In this document: piece by piece, positions 39,100 to 52,549 of the stretch
Numbering within the stretch: position 1 is the stretch's first letter
How the letters are laid out: every line of letters begins with the position of its first letter
Assembly (NCBI GenBank): GCA_049724395.1
Contig: JAUGWO010000120.1
Span: 62,001 to 126,000, forward strand
Direction: 5' to 3'
Source: Spongospora subterranea f. sp. subterranea
Taxonomy: Eukaryota
DNA: 64,000 nucleotides
Notes under the pieces: generated by a model
Databases searched by the model: none
What the model saw: only the letters and a program-made list of their open reading frames with translations
What the model was told of the DNA's origin: nothing
Made by a program: the position numbers and the translations under genes

Positions 39100-40285
39100 G
39101 TACAAATTGTAAGAAGATAGCGTTTGGATGAATCTCATTAGCGGATACTGGAATGGAATTCGTCACACAAAGAATCTTTCAAAAGGAATGTATTGCTGAT
39201 CTTACGCGGCTTATCCATCCAAAAAAGCGATTGGTTAACATGCTTTTTTCCCGATTCTTCTCAAGATTTCTGGTGTGTTGCCCTGTCACAGATTCCTCCT
39301 GAAGACGAATTGCTAGCATGCCCTGGCAGTTTTCGCCCTAATAGTTCGATGGGCTATCATCGAAAAGGAAGCTTATTCCATTATTGAAGGTATATTTTGC
39401 CTTCGTCAATTTTTCAGGTGCGACCTACCGCAGACCGACTTGACTGGCAACTTCAACTCGTAAACATTTCTTACATCATTTAACATGATGAAGGAAAGTG
39501 AATGTTTGGGCATATTTGTTTACTCGATGGGGAACGTCAAAACAATCTGCTGACGATGCATTCAAGGCCCCGATCCTCATTCAATCAACTTCGAGTGATT
39601 TCATTTGGACACAATATCAAGAAATTGCTACAGTTCAAGCAACGTGTCTTTCTCATTCTGATTCTCAACATCGACCTAACATATTGATCGATAATCAATC
39701 ACTGCTGTGGGACGGTAGCGATACGGCATGGAAAACCGCTCAAGGAAATTGTGGATCTCAACTGATTCAGCAGTCTTCGTTTCCAAACTGCCATCATTGC
39801 ACACAGCTGCCTATCAGGTCATCCAGCTGACGAACCAACAATCAATTCCATCAAATCAATTTCTGATGGAAAGACATGAAGGAATTCTTTTCAAGCGTAG
39901 TTGAGCGCTGTTGTGTCCGCTTACGCGGGAAAGTTGTTTCCCGACCCTTCGTCCATGCAATCCATGCATCCATTGCCTAACCAGGGAATCCACTACGATT
40001 TTTATTTTATGGAAAATGTACTTCAACCAGGAGGTTGGCCAGAGCAGAATCCATTTATTTGGTACTTCTTTTTTTAGTCTACCGAAAGACCGTTCACATG
40101 TCTTCGAGTACGTCCTGGTGGTAAAAGACGATCTTAACCAATTTATCGAATTGATCCCATGCAAATCTGCCGATCACTATGCCACAGTTCATGGACTCAT
40201 AGATTGGTTTAAGCGATTCGGAATCGTCTTTACCCATGTTTCAGACCAAGGCATACACTTTAAGAACCAAGTGGTGTCTGATTGA
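39100..40285 (+). mobile_element. Highly degenerate Gypsy RNase H/integrase remnant related to the 34.5-38.2 kb element
   Basis: FPDSSQDFW, NVWAYLFTRWG, YVLVVKDD...DWFKRFGIVFTHVSDQGIHFKN. Confidence 0.8.
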
Positions 40286-42030
40286 TGGTATTTTATGGTA
40301 TACAAAGGTTCGCGGGTTCTTATGGGTTCAATAATCCTGTGTACTCAAAGGGTTTCCCTACGTGTCAAATGTTTTTCTGAATGCAATATTATCAAACAAG
40401 CTGCAATTTTGAAAATTCGTTCTATGATCAACCTCGTCAGAATGGGATTTCATAACCACAGACTGTAATGTATTGACCTCAAATCAAAACAATCATAGGC
40501 GCGACTTTATTTGACCTGGTGCCAGGTGTGGCTTATGTACTCGGTTAAGCTGAGTAGTATTTCTGATAACATCTTCCAAAGATAGATTTGCCCACTCCGA
40601 TTTCCAGTCTATCGCATGACGGAAAAGCTCAAGCCACGTTTTACTAATTTCCTGTAGTGATATGGTGATGAGGTCAAAAACTGGAATACGTCGTGAATTT
40701 ACAGTTTCGATGTAGGTCTCGAGCCGGTTTTGCAAAGCGAAATGACGGAACGTTATTTTGATTAGCTTGTAAATGTATACTGTTGGTTTGTCGCATAAAT
40801 CGGTCCTGTTAACCTTCCTGATCGACAACTCTTTACTGTTCAGATTGAACATCTGCCGAAACAATACAGAATAAGTTGCGGAATTGACAACGGATTCTTA
40901 AAACGCGGAATCAATGCCGAACGATGATTCAAAAATGAAGTCGGGGTTTCTTAGTTTTTGGGTGTTTGCGAGATGTTTGCGAAAAACAGCGCAATCATTT
41001 CTTCCCACAACAAGGTATCGCTAGCAAGCAAGCAGATCGCTGAATTAATCATTTGAGTAGTTTTTACATTCGAGATATTCGGTGCCGTTGCAAATCGAGT
41101 AACCACATCAACAAAGAGTCTATTGCCGAAAGCAGGGCATTCAAAACCAGATATTATCGAACGATTCTTCACGTTAGCGCTGCATGTCTCAACAGCATCA
41201 AGACCCGAAGACGCGAGCGCCTGCGCCCATATTGGGAAAAAAGTTTTGGATAATGAATATTTGCGTTGAACTATCACATTTGAGTCAGAATCAGTTTGGG
41301 ACTGAACGATACGCATATCGACGCTGTTCAGCTCGCCAACAAATCGATGAAAAGAGTAAAAATATGCAGACAGACCCTAGAATAAAGTCAGAGAACCTGT
41401 TGAAAGACTGACCAGTATGTGAAAAAAAACGAATCCGAGGATCAGAAGAGAAAGAATACAGGCACACGAAAAAACTGGAAACCATATTGACAACAAAGTG
41501 CACGCTTGACCTGGTCAATCGTGCAAGGGGCACCCACGACTAACTCTGTGATTTTCATATTCAAACTCTCAGAACGGCAGCCAGAATTCAAAATTAAGAA
41601 AATTTGGTACGTTTAGGCAACAACCAGCGACCGAAGTTTCACCGACAAACAACGATAGCTCATTTTCTAAAACTGTTTTTGTCAGTGATAAACACTTCAT
41701 CACGCATAACCACTATGAGAGCAACCTGCCACTACTGGGTGTGTGGGTCAATAAATTAACGTTGGCGCGTGCCACCAAAATCAGGTCGTGGACACCCCTG
41801 GTACAGTACGCACTTTCATACTCCTATTTATAAATATCGTACAGTATGTACAGTGGGTGGCGATCACCTTAAACCTTTCCGACGAACCGTCATGACGACT
41901 GGCGATTTCAGACCACCTCAGAAGAACTTGCGGAGACACGACAACTATCAGAATCTCGAGAGCAACTCTATACTATCAACTGTCAACAAACCAAAAATTC
42001 AGTCAACTCTCCGACCAACTCTCGGCGTTT

Positions 42031-42550
42031 TTGGCGACAGCAACATCATCATCATCTTCAATCCACGCCAGTCGTGAATCCGTCGCTGAGGACTTCCAGC
42101 CCCCAACTCCTACTCCGCCGCAGGGCAAGGATCCCAAGCAACCGATGCCCGAATCATTCAATGGCGAGCGACGTAATCATTGGATAGGCCAAATCCAGCA
42201 CTTCTTAATGGCTCAACCGCTACCGACCCGGCCGACAGCCAGAAAATCGCGTTTGTTTGTAACGGGACAGTCGCGCGCATGACTCACTCCCGTTACGGGA
42301 CGTCGTGTTCCACCCTCACCGATTTCCATAAATTTGTCACCTCGATCACCGCTGCATTCGACGACCCCAATCGATTGAATAAGGCGGCCGATGCTCTACG
42401 TCGTCTGGTCATGGCCAATGACCAACTTGGAAAATGTTCCAACGATTTTCTACTGCTAAGCGCAAGAGGTTGACTGGACACAATTCGACGCTGATCCACC
42501 AGTATCAGCAGGGTCTCAGCATCAATCTCCAGCGCATGCTGATCGCTGCT
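42031..42550 (+). pseudogene. Gypsy gag (capsid) remnant
   Basis: PKQPMPESFNGER, FVTSITAAFDDPNR...AADALRRL and YQQGL motifs in shifted frames. Confidence 0.65.
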
Positions 42551-43036
42551 CATCATCTATCTTGGTTCAACCTTTTTAAAAAAAATCGCCTGAAACAGCT
42601 GGCCAGTCTTCAGCCGGAAGCTAGGTACATCGGCCGAAATAAACCCGTCTTCGATGCTATAGGGAGAATGGCGAGAGAAGAAACATCCTGTTGGACGACG
42701 GTTAAGCCCGACACTGAACATTCCAACATTATTTGGGACGATGCAATCGAGGAGACAGTGGTGTTGTGAAACCAACTGAATTTCAGCATTTCATGCTTTG
42801 TTATATTGTTCAGCTTTTACTTAATTAGATCTGCGTCAGAAACACTTCTCCACGAACAAACTCAAAATTTCAGGATGATCGTCGTCGAATAGAAGGTTCT
42901 GTCTTTATCTAGTCTATAGCATCTAAGTCGGTCCCATTTTGCCCGAGGTCCGACACACCACTATCGGCCATTCCAGCCGCCTTTGTGAATGGCATTTCAA
43001 CTAGATATATTCAATTGAATAACGACAACTTTTGAT

Positions 43037-43639
43037 GTGATGAATGAGGATCAGCGAAATCTTCTTGGAACTTTGTACGACCCGATGAATCGCATAGTCC
43101 GACGATGCTGCTGGCGTTGCGACAGGCAACAACTTGATCAGCAAGAAACGTTGGACAATGTTAGTACTCGCGTCGAAATAGACTCGAGCAGTGAGCCTGA
43201 TCTTGATTGTTCGGTGTTGGAAGACGTGGATGTGCTTTCGAGTACGGACGAGAATGGCATCAATGCAAGATCGTCATCAGCATTAAACTATCGCATTGAC
43301 AATCGGCACCGGCAAATTGCACCTGATGAAGAGGACGAGCAGCACCAGATCACTACAACTGATTCGACGCGGTCCATGCCTAGCGTTTCATTGAATCAGT
43401 CGTTTTGCTCAACGGTGGAAGACGATACATCGAACAGCAGCGTTGTTGGGCTTGAAACTGGTGAAGAGTCGAGATCAGAACCCGTGAATTCATTTAGGCC
43501 GTTCAGTTCAAAATCGACCACAAAGAGGTCGTTTCCACAGTCGTACTCAGCATTTATGCTGAGAAGGCGGTTGCATAATGAATGGAACGGTATCAGAACA
43601 AGCATGATGTCGCATCGCTTGCCCGATAATTGCGAATAA
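43037..43639 (+). CDS. Hypothetical Ser/Asp-rich protein (~200 aa)
   Basis: Open frame with low-complexity acidic composition; no family recognised. Confidence 0.4.
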   Translation: MMNEDQRNLLGTLYDPMNRIVRRCCWRCDRQQLDQQETLDNVSTRVEIDSSSEPDLDCSVLEDVDVLSSTDENGINARSSSALNYRIDNRHRQIAPDEEDEQHQITTTDSTRSMPSVSLNQSFCSTVEDDTSNSSVVGLETGEESRSEPVNSFRPFSSKSTTKRSFPQSYSAFMLRRRLHNEWNGIRTSMMSHRLPDNCE

Positions 43640-44499
43640 AAATGTATGGTTATCACCTCCCACGCGCTGTTTTCTTTAACGAAACATGTATTGAATACAA
43701 ACTATTGCTAGTCTGGAGCAGAGCAACTGTCAACGAATTTGAATGCCTCGATACTCCACAACTTTAGATTGCCTATTGTCAAGTGTTTTCGTGATTCGTT
43801 CCTCTCACATGGGTTTTGACTTTGTATGCGAAAAAACGTGATCGCGCGCTTGGGTAACCGCTGAAGTGATGAATATCATCTGTCCTGCTTCTCAAAATTG
43901 CAATTGTTTTTTTACCAATATAATGCCTCTGAGGATCAGTTTTGCGTCAGTTTCTTCATGCATTGCCATGTTATTAACGTAACTGGTTCCAACGACCAAA
44001 GACGTGAGCCCGAAGTCCAAACGGGATATCTGGCATGGTCAAAAAACGATAATTTAATTTGAGTGTTTGCAAACATTGATGTCGCTAATGATTCTCAGAT
44101 GGGAAACAAACCCTTGGCCGACAACGTTAGGACGCAGGTAATTTTTTTACGTTAAAACATCATGATGGTCCTGCCAGGGCTCCAGAGTCCTGACTTCTGA
44201 CTTCACCTGACACGCGAGATTTGGATTGCAGAAGGGACAGGGACGCCAGAGAAACCAAAATGGAAGAAGCTCGGCAGGTCAGGGAAGACAGCTGCTGGAG
44301 GAGGAAAGGAGAGCGGATAGGAAATTGATGATGATGAAGTTATCAGACGCAGAATATTTAACAATTGAATTTTGAAACAATGGGACTTGCCAGCTTTACG
44401 AACAATTATATGTCGCCATTTATAAGCTCCAATGTGGTTACTTCGCAGTTGTCAACAATATAGCCATCAGATCAACAGCCTATCTATTTATTGAGGTTG

Positions 44500-45430
44500 A
44501 AAGCTGTCCACGTTGTTGCCGAAAACATTTCTGATTTGGGATATACCCAGGAGTCGCTCTTAGATTTCACAGTCGGAATATATCGGTCACAAACTCGATG
44601 GCTTCTCGGCATCTTACGGCAATTTATGCGATCAATTTTTTTACACACCAAGGCCGGTGTCCAAAATAACCTGTCGCCAAGCATAATGGTATTGCTTAAT
44701 GCTATCATGGTAAACTGACAATTTTTTGGTTGATCGGATTAGATATCCTTTTTTCTACGGGAGTGATGATCTTGCCAAAGCACTCGTGAATCGCCACAGA
44801 CGCATGCGTCTTTGTCTGTTAAACCCGAATTCGCCAGTTTGCACTGCAGCACCCTGCTGGTATCGCCGTCTTTGCAGGACTCAGGACAGTTATGACGCCC
44901 CCAGAGTAGTGTTCCGTCAACGCCATAGGACAACCATACACACAATGCAGCTAACCTAATTGATTTTGTGACATGTGCACAAATATGTTGATTTGAGGCG
45001 CCTAACCATTGTACTCTGCAATCGATATTGTCGGTCTGTTGAACACGATAATTTTTTCCATCAATGAACCCAAATGAACCAAAGGTTATTTGGCGTTGGT
45101 TAACTCCGCCCACCTCTTTTTTGTGTGTCGTCGACGGGAAACCGATTCGTCGCTTCGGGAAAAATCGAGCAGCGCCTGACTGAGAGCAAATGCCGCCCTC
45201 CTCATTACTTTTGAGCGGTAGTGTCTTCTCCCCCGCTGGGAGAGATTCCAGTCTCTCCACTCTAAAACCTTATAGTGAGAATTAGTGAGTGACTGTATAA
45301 GGTGGGAGGAAGTCTGGCAATCCACCCATCCCAACAACGATGAAGATTTCCCGGCGAGAATTACAGCTATGAATCTAAATTCTAAAGCAAAAATGAACCC
45401 GCCACCAATGAGATTGGCTCTCAGTTCTCT
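44500..45430 (-). pseudogene. PIF/Harbinger-like DDE transposase remnant
   Basis: FGFIDGKNYRV, DGTLLWGRHNCPES, CGDS and terminal LLGISQIRNVF motifs. Confidence 0.65.
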
Positions 45431-45849
45431 ACAATTGATTTCGTGCTCAAAAGGAATTTACGCGTTCTGTAGAATTTTGTCGAATTGATCAATTGAATTG
45501 AATATATCGCATGCCTTTATTCCAGAACAATAGATTCCTAAAGACGCACACGGGGCTCGTAAAGGGCATTTACTAAACCCCCGCGCGATGATTGTCGCCT
45601 GGAACAGCACCAGCCTTGACGCACGCCGAACATTTGTGTTTCTTACGCCGAATCAACGATATTCTGTTGAAAATTAACCACTTGAAAACACCAACATGGT
45701 TTCCGTTTCCTGGTCTTTTTTATGAGCCCATACAGTACCTGTTAATATCATCCGAACCACTGCCTCTTTTCCTAGGGGGAAGCACTGGAACAGTTAGAGA
45801 CGCCTCTGATGACAGACTTGCCCAGGCAATCAACATCGGTAAACGGCAT

Positions 45850-46960
45850 CAACTTCAAATTATATGCGGTGGTGTTATGGGGACCATCAACGATGGTGAA
45901 GCTGCCATAAACTGTGGCGTATTGCGACATTTGAACAGTCTGAACCGTAGGTAAACAAAATAATGAGATAACGAAATACTGATGATTAACACCTGCATGT
46001 AAATAGTTGACAGACGCTGCGACATGTCTATAGCATACTTAAAAACACCTCCAGCAGCCCCAAGATCATAGCCCGCTTCCACGAACTTGGTCATACAATC
46101 CGGATCTTGCCGAAATGCAATTCTTTTCCGCGTCGGATTGACCTGGACAAGAAAGAGGCCAGTCGAATACTTTTTTACCAGGAGTTCATCCCCACATAAT
46201 TTCCCTAATCTGATTAGATGGGCTTTCAGTAATCTTATTGACTGTAGACGTGCAAGCAACGAATAAGTTAGACAACGGTAAATTGTAGCGAGCAAAACTA
46301 TGAATCAATTCACGCTCGCTTGCATTCAGATCCACGTCAAGAGTTACTTGTTTCCACCGACGGGAGTTATATTACATTTTTCAATCTCATAATTGTGGTC
46401 TTGGCAGCTGCTGGTGATAATGTATTTTGAAGAGGGTCTATCAAAGGTAAAACTCATTGACCAAGTACAAGTTGACTTGATCCCTCTTTTTTCCGTTTTG
46501 ACAACGGGGTCCTTGAATGTGCTATAAAGATTTGAGCGCTGCTAGACTTTGACGCCCGGGCCATGGATCGGATGGGGATTATCCTTGGTGAAAAAGTGTG
46601 GGTTTACGCCAACCCGGAATCCGATGGAACGCGAAATTTCCTTCACGGTAGACAGCATTACTTCACATGTGGCAAAGCGCGAACCGACCGCGATGCAATT
46701 ATTCGAAGCTATGGTTTGGGATGGGCACTCAACAGTATCTCCAACAGGATCGACACACCCGATTTCAATAAGTTCATATGAGGGATCGTCACCAGCCTCA
46801 ACACGATTGCCAGGATTTACATCCTGGTCAAGACAAGTTGGAATTGGAACAGTTCCATCAACACTAACCGTCGCGGACAATCGTCGAAAATCGAAGATAA
46901 CCACAATATGCAGTATCCCTCTCAAAAGATACGCCACATGTAATTTGTGACTGTACATAA
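45850..46960 (-). pseudogene. Possible FAR1/MULE-related remnant
   Basis: VGSRFATCEVMLSTVKEISRSIGFRV resembles the start of a FAR1 domain; the remainder is broken. Confidence 0.35.
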
Positions 46961-49172
46961 GGTTTTAGAGTGGAGTACCGACTTTCGATAAAGTTAAACG
47001 GGTCACGGAACAACTCAAACAGTGGTTTTGCCTCAAACAGCCGCTGTATATTGGTGAAGGAGGCAACCCAACACAGACGCTATTCCAAAATTCGGAGGTC
47101 TATCACATCTGCCAGGACAGGGTTTATTACCTAGTGCTTCCTGAAGGCTTCCAGAAGGTAATCAAATGTCGGCCGGTCCAGTTAAACAACAGAGGTATAA
47201 AATGCGCCATGGAGAGTTTTCTGGTTCAAGGAGAGAACTGTAACCAGAAATTTCTAGTTCACATCGAGGCGCGCAGCCTAAGAAGCTTCATGATCACCAA
47301 TCTCTATCGAGCGAGGGTCATCATCATCATGAGTTATCTTGTCATATAGAGGTCTGCGTGCCGTGTTCGTGATTCAACTCATTCAAATATCCCTCTGAAT
47401 ATCCGGTTTTGCCAGATTCGTTGAACGGCCTCTTTTGTTCATGCATTTGCAATCAAAAGGAGTATGTCAGATTTATGCTGAGGTGGAAGTCGTACCAAAC
47501 TTTAGCCCAATAGCGAATTGCTGTGTTTGCACCGGCTTCTGGATGGGAGAACTTTCAGCATCTTGAAAAATTTCAAACTGTACCAAAGATAAATTTTACC
47601 AATGTTTTGGAGTTATCATTTTTAGGAGTGCTATCGGACGAGGGCCCTTCTATTGCACCCAATGCAAAATACCAGACATGGGCGATGGTTCAGATCGCTG
47701 CCATGTTCAGTTTCGATTCAACCTTCTTCTTGATCAGTAGAAAATAGTTCCGGAACTGACTCATCCCCGACAGCATCATTCTTTAGGGAAGATATTGATT
47801 ACGAGCCGCTCCAACGCTTATAAATCGAAATTAAATTTTCCTCGGCGATGGCAAATCCGGCATCATCCATTGGTCAAAGGGGCTCTCAAACGGAACTTGA
47901 TCACAGGATTTTTGTCAAAAAGGGCTTGATCCAACCATGACCATTGAATGATTAGTATGTTGTTGTCGCTGATACATATGCTCAAATTTAGGATTCTTTA
48001 GGACACCTAGGCAATTGTCCAGAAATTGATGAAACGTCTTGAGGACGCGATAGGACACGACAACAAAGACGTGGAAGATGGCAAAATTCCTAGTTGGGGG
48101 ATGGAGATCAATACTTATGGATTTTACGAACGGTAGCCTAGAAAATTTCTGACTGTATTTATTAAATGCCAGCCCTGGAATAGGCACCATTTGGGACAGA
48201 TGGAGTTGGCGCATCAAATAATTGAAGACGCAGAAATTGATTGAAATGTATTGATAAATGCAAACTTATTAATTTGCTATTAGAACTTCTGAGATTTCCA
48301 GCGTAAACCTATCGGTTTTAAGTCTTGGATCTCGATTCATTTGCGCTGTTTTGAGGAAGTCCATTGACTCAAACCTTGAAGCAAATTTCGAAATAGGTGA
48401 ACTCAAATCTTGACACAAATTTCGATAGATTTGCGTTTGCGCGATTTTTGAAAGCCATCAATTCGAGCCTCTATCGAACTCAACTTCCATTTCCAAACGT
48501 GTTTACAAAAAACAGATTATCGTTGCAACAAACATTATTTCGATTTGATCATGAAACTATTGTTCGCTAATCAATTGCGATACAGTAGCAGATACGTACA
48601 GTGGCATTGACTACTTTGCCATTGCCTGAAGTCAGAGACCTCAGAAAGGAAACCGGCGTCCTCGTTCGACACACCATTATTGTACGGTTTCAGTTGCATG
48701 TGAACATTTAAGGAACAACCACTGGGTCAACAATTGGCAGTTGGCACGAATGTAAGTCGCGTGCAAAAGGCCAGCGAACTGGAACCGGTTAAATGTGACT
48801 GATCGTAGTTCGTAGTCACTCAAATCAGATCAAATGAAATATCTCGTTTTCTCGACTTCTAAGCGAAAATGTTCGAAATCAACTGTAAAGTACATTCTCA
48901 AACTGACTTTCAAGTGTAGATTGATAATTTAGTTAGCAATCAATGTGGCCCTCCAATGCCTGCAGGCTGTTGGTCGCTGTAAACGTCGAAATTCGGAAGT
49001 CAGTTGTAGTAATACTGTACATACTACTGACGCAGTTTCCAAACACATGCTTGAGAACGACAAACAATAGACATGACTGCAGTGCAGGGGGTCCCACCGT
49101 CCCAGTTACAGGTTGTCCGTCGTTATAGAAATCGGTATAACTGTGTGAGTGTGTGATGAGAATGAATCATTA

Positions 49173-50025
49173 ATGTTGAATGATGATTCTGATGGGATCA
49201 GACACCTTGATCAGCTCCAACCCGGGTCATCATTGTTAGGCAACCTGACTCAGTTCTGCGAGGCGTTCTGGTAAAATGGGCAATCTTCACGATGTTAGCG
49301 GCCGAATGAATTAACCTGTTGTATGAAGGCACATCCGGGACACACCAGAAGGCCCCATACGGCTGTGCTGCTTGGCGAATTTAGAAGGCGCACGAACATG
49401 TTCAGGGAAGAAGGTAGTACTTGTTGCCAGACTCTCCGACCAAAGCGGACGCGAACAATGTGTTTCTCGATATCAAAATCGCCTTTCTCCTTCAAAACAC
49501 GCGGAAATATTTATGATGGAAGACCTAAAGTTGCTTGGCAAAATCAAAACCTGCAAGCATGGAACGCTGACGCTTTATTTGACATTTCAGCCATGTCATT
49601 TTTCCGGCCGACGAAATCGCGAACGCTCCTGTGTGGATCATTTGTTCAAATTTCAAGATACGCACTTGCTCCCGAATAATATTCGCTTATCAATTCGTGT
49701 AGCGTACCCATACAGAGCTCACTGGACCGTTGGGGTAAACCCCGATGACAAGGGGCTTTGCTCATCAATCAAGAACTCCCGTACTGGACTGGCTATTTTA
49801 TCTCAGAGTCAGCGATTGGAAATTTCGTCATTCACAGCCAGTTGCTGGAATTACGTGATATCCCTTTGCGACTACAATGTACAGAATCTATGGAAAGAAC
49901 CTTGGAACATGAATCGTAATTTCCCATTTTCTATGGCCAATCGCGCTGCCAGAAAAAGGATGGACAATTTTGTGGAAAATATAATCAGGTCATCGTTGGG
50001 ATGGACATCAACGTTGTCACAATGA
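49173..50025 (+). CDS. AID/APOBEC-like zinc-dependent deaminase, predicted 264 aa (exons 49173-49270 and 49329-50025)
   Basis: RYQN...HAE-x28-PC-x11-C, strand LTLYLTFQPC, IRVAYPY, RTGLAIL and SFTASCWNYV parallel AID/APOBEC elements. A 58-nt GT-AG intron joins FCEAF-W-HIR in frame and removes the stop at 49324. Confidence 0.8.
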
Positions 50026-50123
50026 GCGTAATATATTCGATTATTTATACAAAGCTATCACAACATAATATCAAACTTAATTCACCCGGTATGCTTCTTC
50101 AAGATCTTGTCGAGGTTTTTTCT

Positions 50124-51159
50124 TTAGTCAATCAATTGACTTATCGTATCAGGAGAGTCGACATCAACTGCCCTAGATGGCCTCCTTTGTTGTCCAACAT
50201 CTCGTTGCTTGGTCGGCGGGTGTGGTACAGTCAGCATTTGTACATCAATTAGATAATTGCTGGTTTCGATTCTTTCGAACTCGGCAATGGCGCTTTGCAA
50301 CTCAGGAGATAACGACCTAATTCCGCATGCGTATTCCGAAACCAGCGATGTCGTAAAGAGCACGACAGCTGACAGATTCTTCGTGAGTATGATTACGACG
50401 CTGAAGGACGGATTCCGAATGGTCATTACATCATCGGCGTCGTTTCTTGTCTCTATCAGTCGATAGATTTGATTCCACAGAGCAAAATTTAACTGTGAAA
50501 TAGAGAAACGATATTCTTCAAGAACTTGGCCAAATTCGTATAGAAAAACAGGAAATCCATCATCGATCAGAAAAAAACACTGAATAGTGGAGGGGATTGC
50601 GAACGGGTCAAGGTAGTTGAAAGTCTGCATTCTGATTAAACTCGGTAAGACTACATGGTCTGCAAAACTCTTGAACAACGGTAGCGTTTGTAGCATGCTG
50701 ATTGCAGCTCCTGATTGTTGAGATTCACTATGAACTGGTATATTCCTTGGATGTGGTTTCAATCTGGGTCCGATCACTGAGAAGAAAAGCGGCAATTCCG
50801 TCATGTTTTTCTAATCGTTCCACAATCAGTTTTGGCAACACGGCATTGGTTGAGTTCAGAACAAATACAGAAAATCCCAAACAGGAATAATATCCAGATA
50901 CGGGAGTAGATAAAACCGTAGTTTTTACAGCTCGTGATGCTGAAAATTCCCGAATGGCTGCCAGAACTCTGCAAAGAAGGGATAAACGGACCCGCTCTGC
51001 AAATAACGGGGGAACAACTCCAGCCGTGGCACTAATCAGGCAGGAGCCATGGCTGGAAATGGTGAGACACCATGACCATGATGCTTCCATCTGAGAACAT
51101 CGATCGAGATGGCGTACCGTCAATCGCGATGTGCATGGTCCCAAAATCATAAAAACCAA
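50124..51159 (-). CDS. Hypothetical host gene, probably spliced, convergent with the deaminase
   Basis: Two overlapping long minus-strand ORFs (50728-51159 and 50124-50804) with globular-like composition. Confidence 0.45.
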
Positions 51160-51290
51160 ACAAATGACGATAGGTGGGCAAAGCTTTTACAAACTGTTTG
51201 TGATGTTTTCATACAAAGGTTTTGGGAATTCAATCCAGATAGCCGGACTAATGTATTAGCTTTAAATTACAACCCTCAATAAATTAATCA

Positions 51291-52130
51291 TCACAACGAC
51301 GCTCTGCGATCATTACCGATATCTATTGTAAAATCGTTCTCTGCAACCTGAACACCGAAACAGACACTCATCCACCGAACAATATTGAAATTGTCAAAGA
51401 ACACTAAAGAGTAAACAAGCATGGTTCGTGATGAAGGAAAAATCAGCAACGTCACAAACCAAAAATTGCCTACCCAATGCTGCAACGCCAATTTCTGTTC
51501 ATGATTAAAAATCGACAGAAACTGTGCGGTTTCCGAGTTGACTTTATCGGTAACGCGTCTGCACTCTTCGGCAACAATTTTTGCTAGCTGTTCCGCCCTG
51601 GCCATGACCTGTCGCTGCTGTCGGATGCGCATTTGGCAATTCCTCAGCCCATCGAGACGGTCCCGATCCAGTCCAATTTCGTTCAGCATCAAATTCTGCC
51701 AAAGCCCCGGGCGTCCATAGAATTCGGCAGGCTGGTCGAGGCCCCAAATCGTGAATCGCACTTGGCGGCCTGGGCGTGTACAACTAATCGCTCGCTCCAG
51801 ATATCGGACGGCGCTTCTTTGAGGACCTTTCGTAACATTTGGAGCTTTCCTGATGCGGTCTTGCGCCTCTTGGACCGCTTCCTTCATGCGCTGGACCTTT
51901 TGTTCTAGATCGGAAATGTAATTTTTCTTCCTCAGCCTGCTGGCACGCGCAAGCTCAGCTTTCCTCGCCAATCTCGCCCGACAAGCCGTCGACGGTGGAG
52001 CAGTCGGAGTCCATGGCAGCAACTCATCTTCGCCAGACGCAATCATGAACAACGATAGCAGTTCATTATCAACGTCATCAGATATCGCCATGGTGCACGG
52101 GTTGAGTTCCGTTGCGGAATTGGATTGCAT
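51291..52130 (-). CDS. bZIP transcription factor with atypical basic region; 3' end probably spliced
   Basis: RARLARKAELARASRLRKKNYISDLEQKVQRMKE basic region and zipper, then a helical C-terminal region. Confidence 0.8.
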   Translation of the reverse strand: MQSNSATELNPCTMAISDDVDNELLSLFMIASGEDELLPWTPTAPPSTACRARLARKAELARASRLRKKNYISDLEQKVQRMKEAVQEAQDRIRKAPNVTKGPQRSAVRYLERAISCTRPGRQVRFTIWGLDQPAEFYGRPGLWQNLMLNEIGLDRDRLDGLRNCQMRIRQQRQVMARAEQLAKIVAEECRRVTDKVNSETAQFLSIFNHEQKLALQHWVGNFWFVTLLIFPSSRTMLVYSLVFFDNFNIVRWMSVCFGVQVAENDFTIDIGNDRRASL

Positions 52131-52152
52131 GAATACTCTTTTCTGCAGCTAC

Positions 52153-52240
52153 AGAGAGCGAGAGAGAGAGGGAGTGAGGAGGAGAGATGAGTGAGCGAGA
52201 GAGAGAGGAAGAGAGATTGATGGAGCGATAGAGAGGAAGA
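52153..52240. repeat. GA/CT-rich simple repeat just upstream of the bZIP gene
   Basis: agagagcgagagagagagggagtgaggaggagagatgag... Confidence 0.85.
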
Positions 52241-52549
52241 TGGGGAGATTGACAGTCCCTTTACAGGCCGATTTATGTATGGAATAGAATATAGGTAGAT
52301 GACTACGGACAAGGAGAGCCATTAGTGTCAAGGGTGTAATACTGTATTTGATACATGTTGAAATACAGTAACTCCAACTTTGCCACTACAGGCTACGGAG
52401 TATCTGTAACGTTTAATTTACAGGAACAAACTCGGATTACAACTAAATGAATCGATTGCATTCCATTTTTAAAAGGGTGATTAAATTAGAAAATTCGAAT
52501 TATTGACTGGCTTATTGGGTGTACAGTATTACATTTTTTTTCAATTTAG

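Noticed and set aside
40493..41316. Two minus-strand ORFs of ~120 aa
   Set aside because: Possibly a gene remnant, but no family could be assigned.
1..48500. APOBEC- or RIP-like C-to-T hypermutation of the TEs
   Set aside because: Only isolated compatible changes seen (e.g. 31770); many lesions are indels or transversions. Testing needs alignment to family consensus sequences and a context-specific mutation spectrum.
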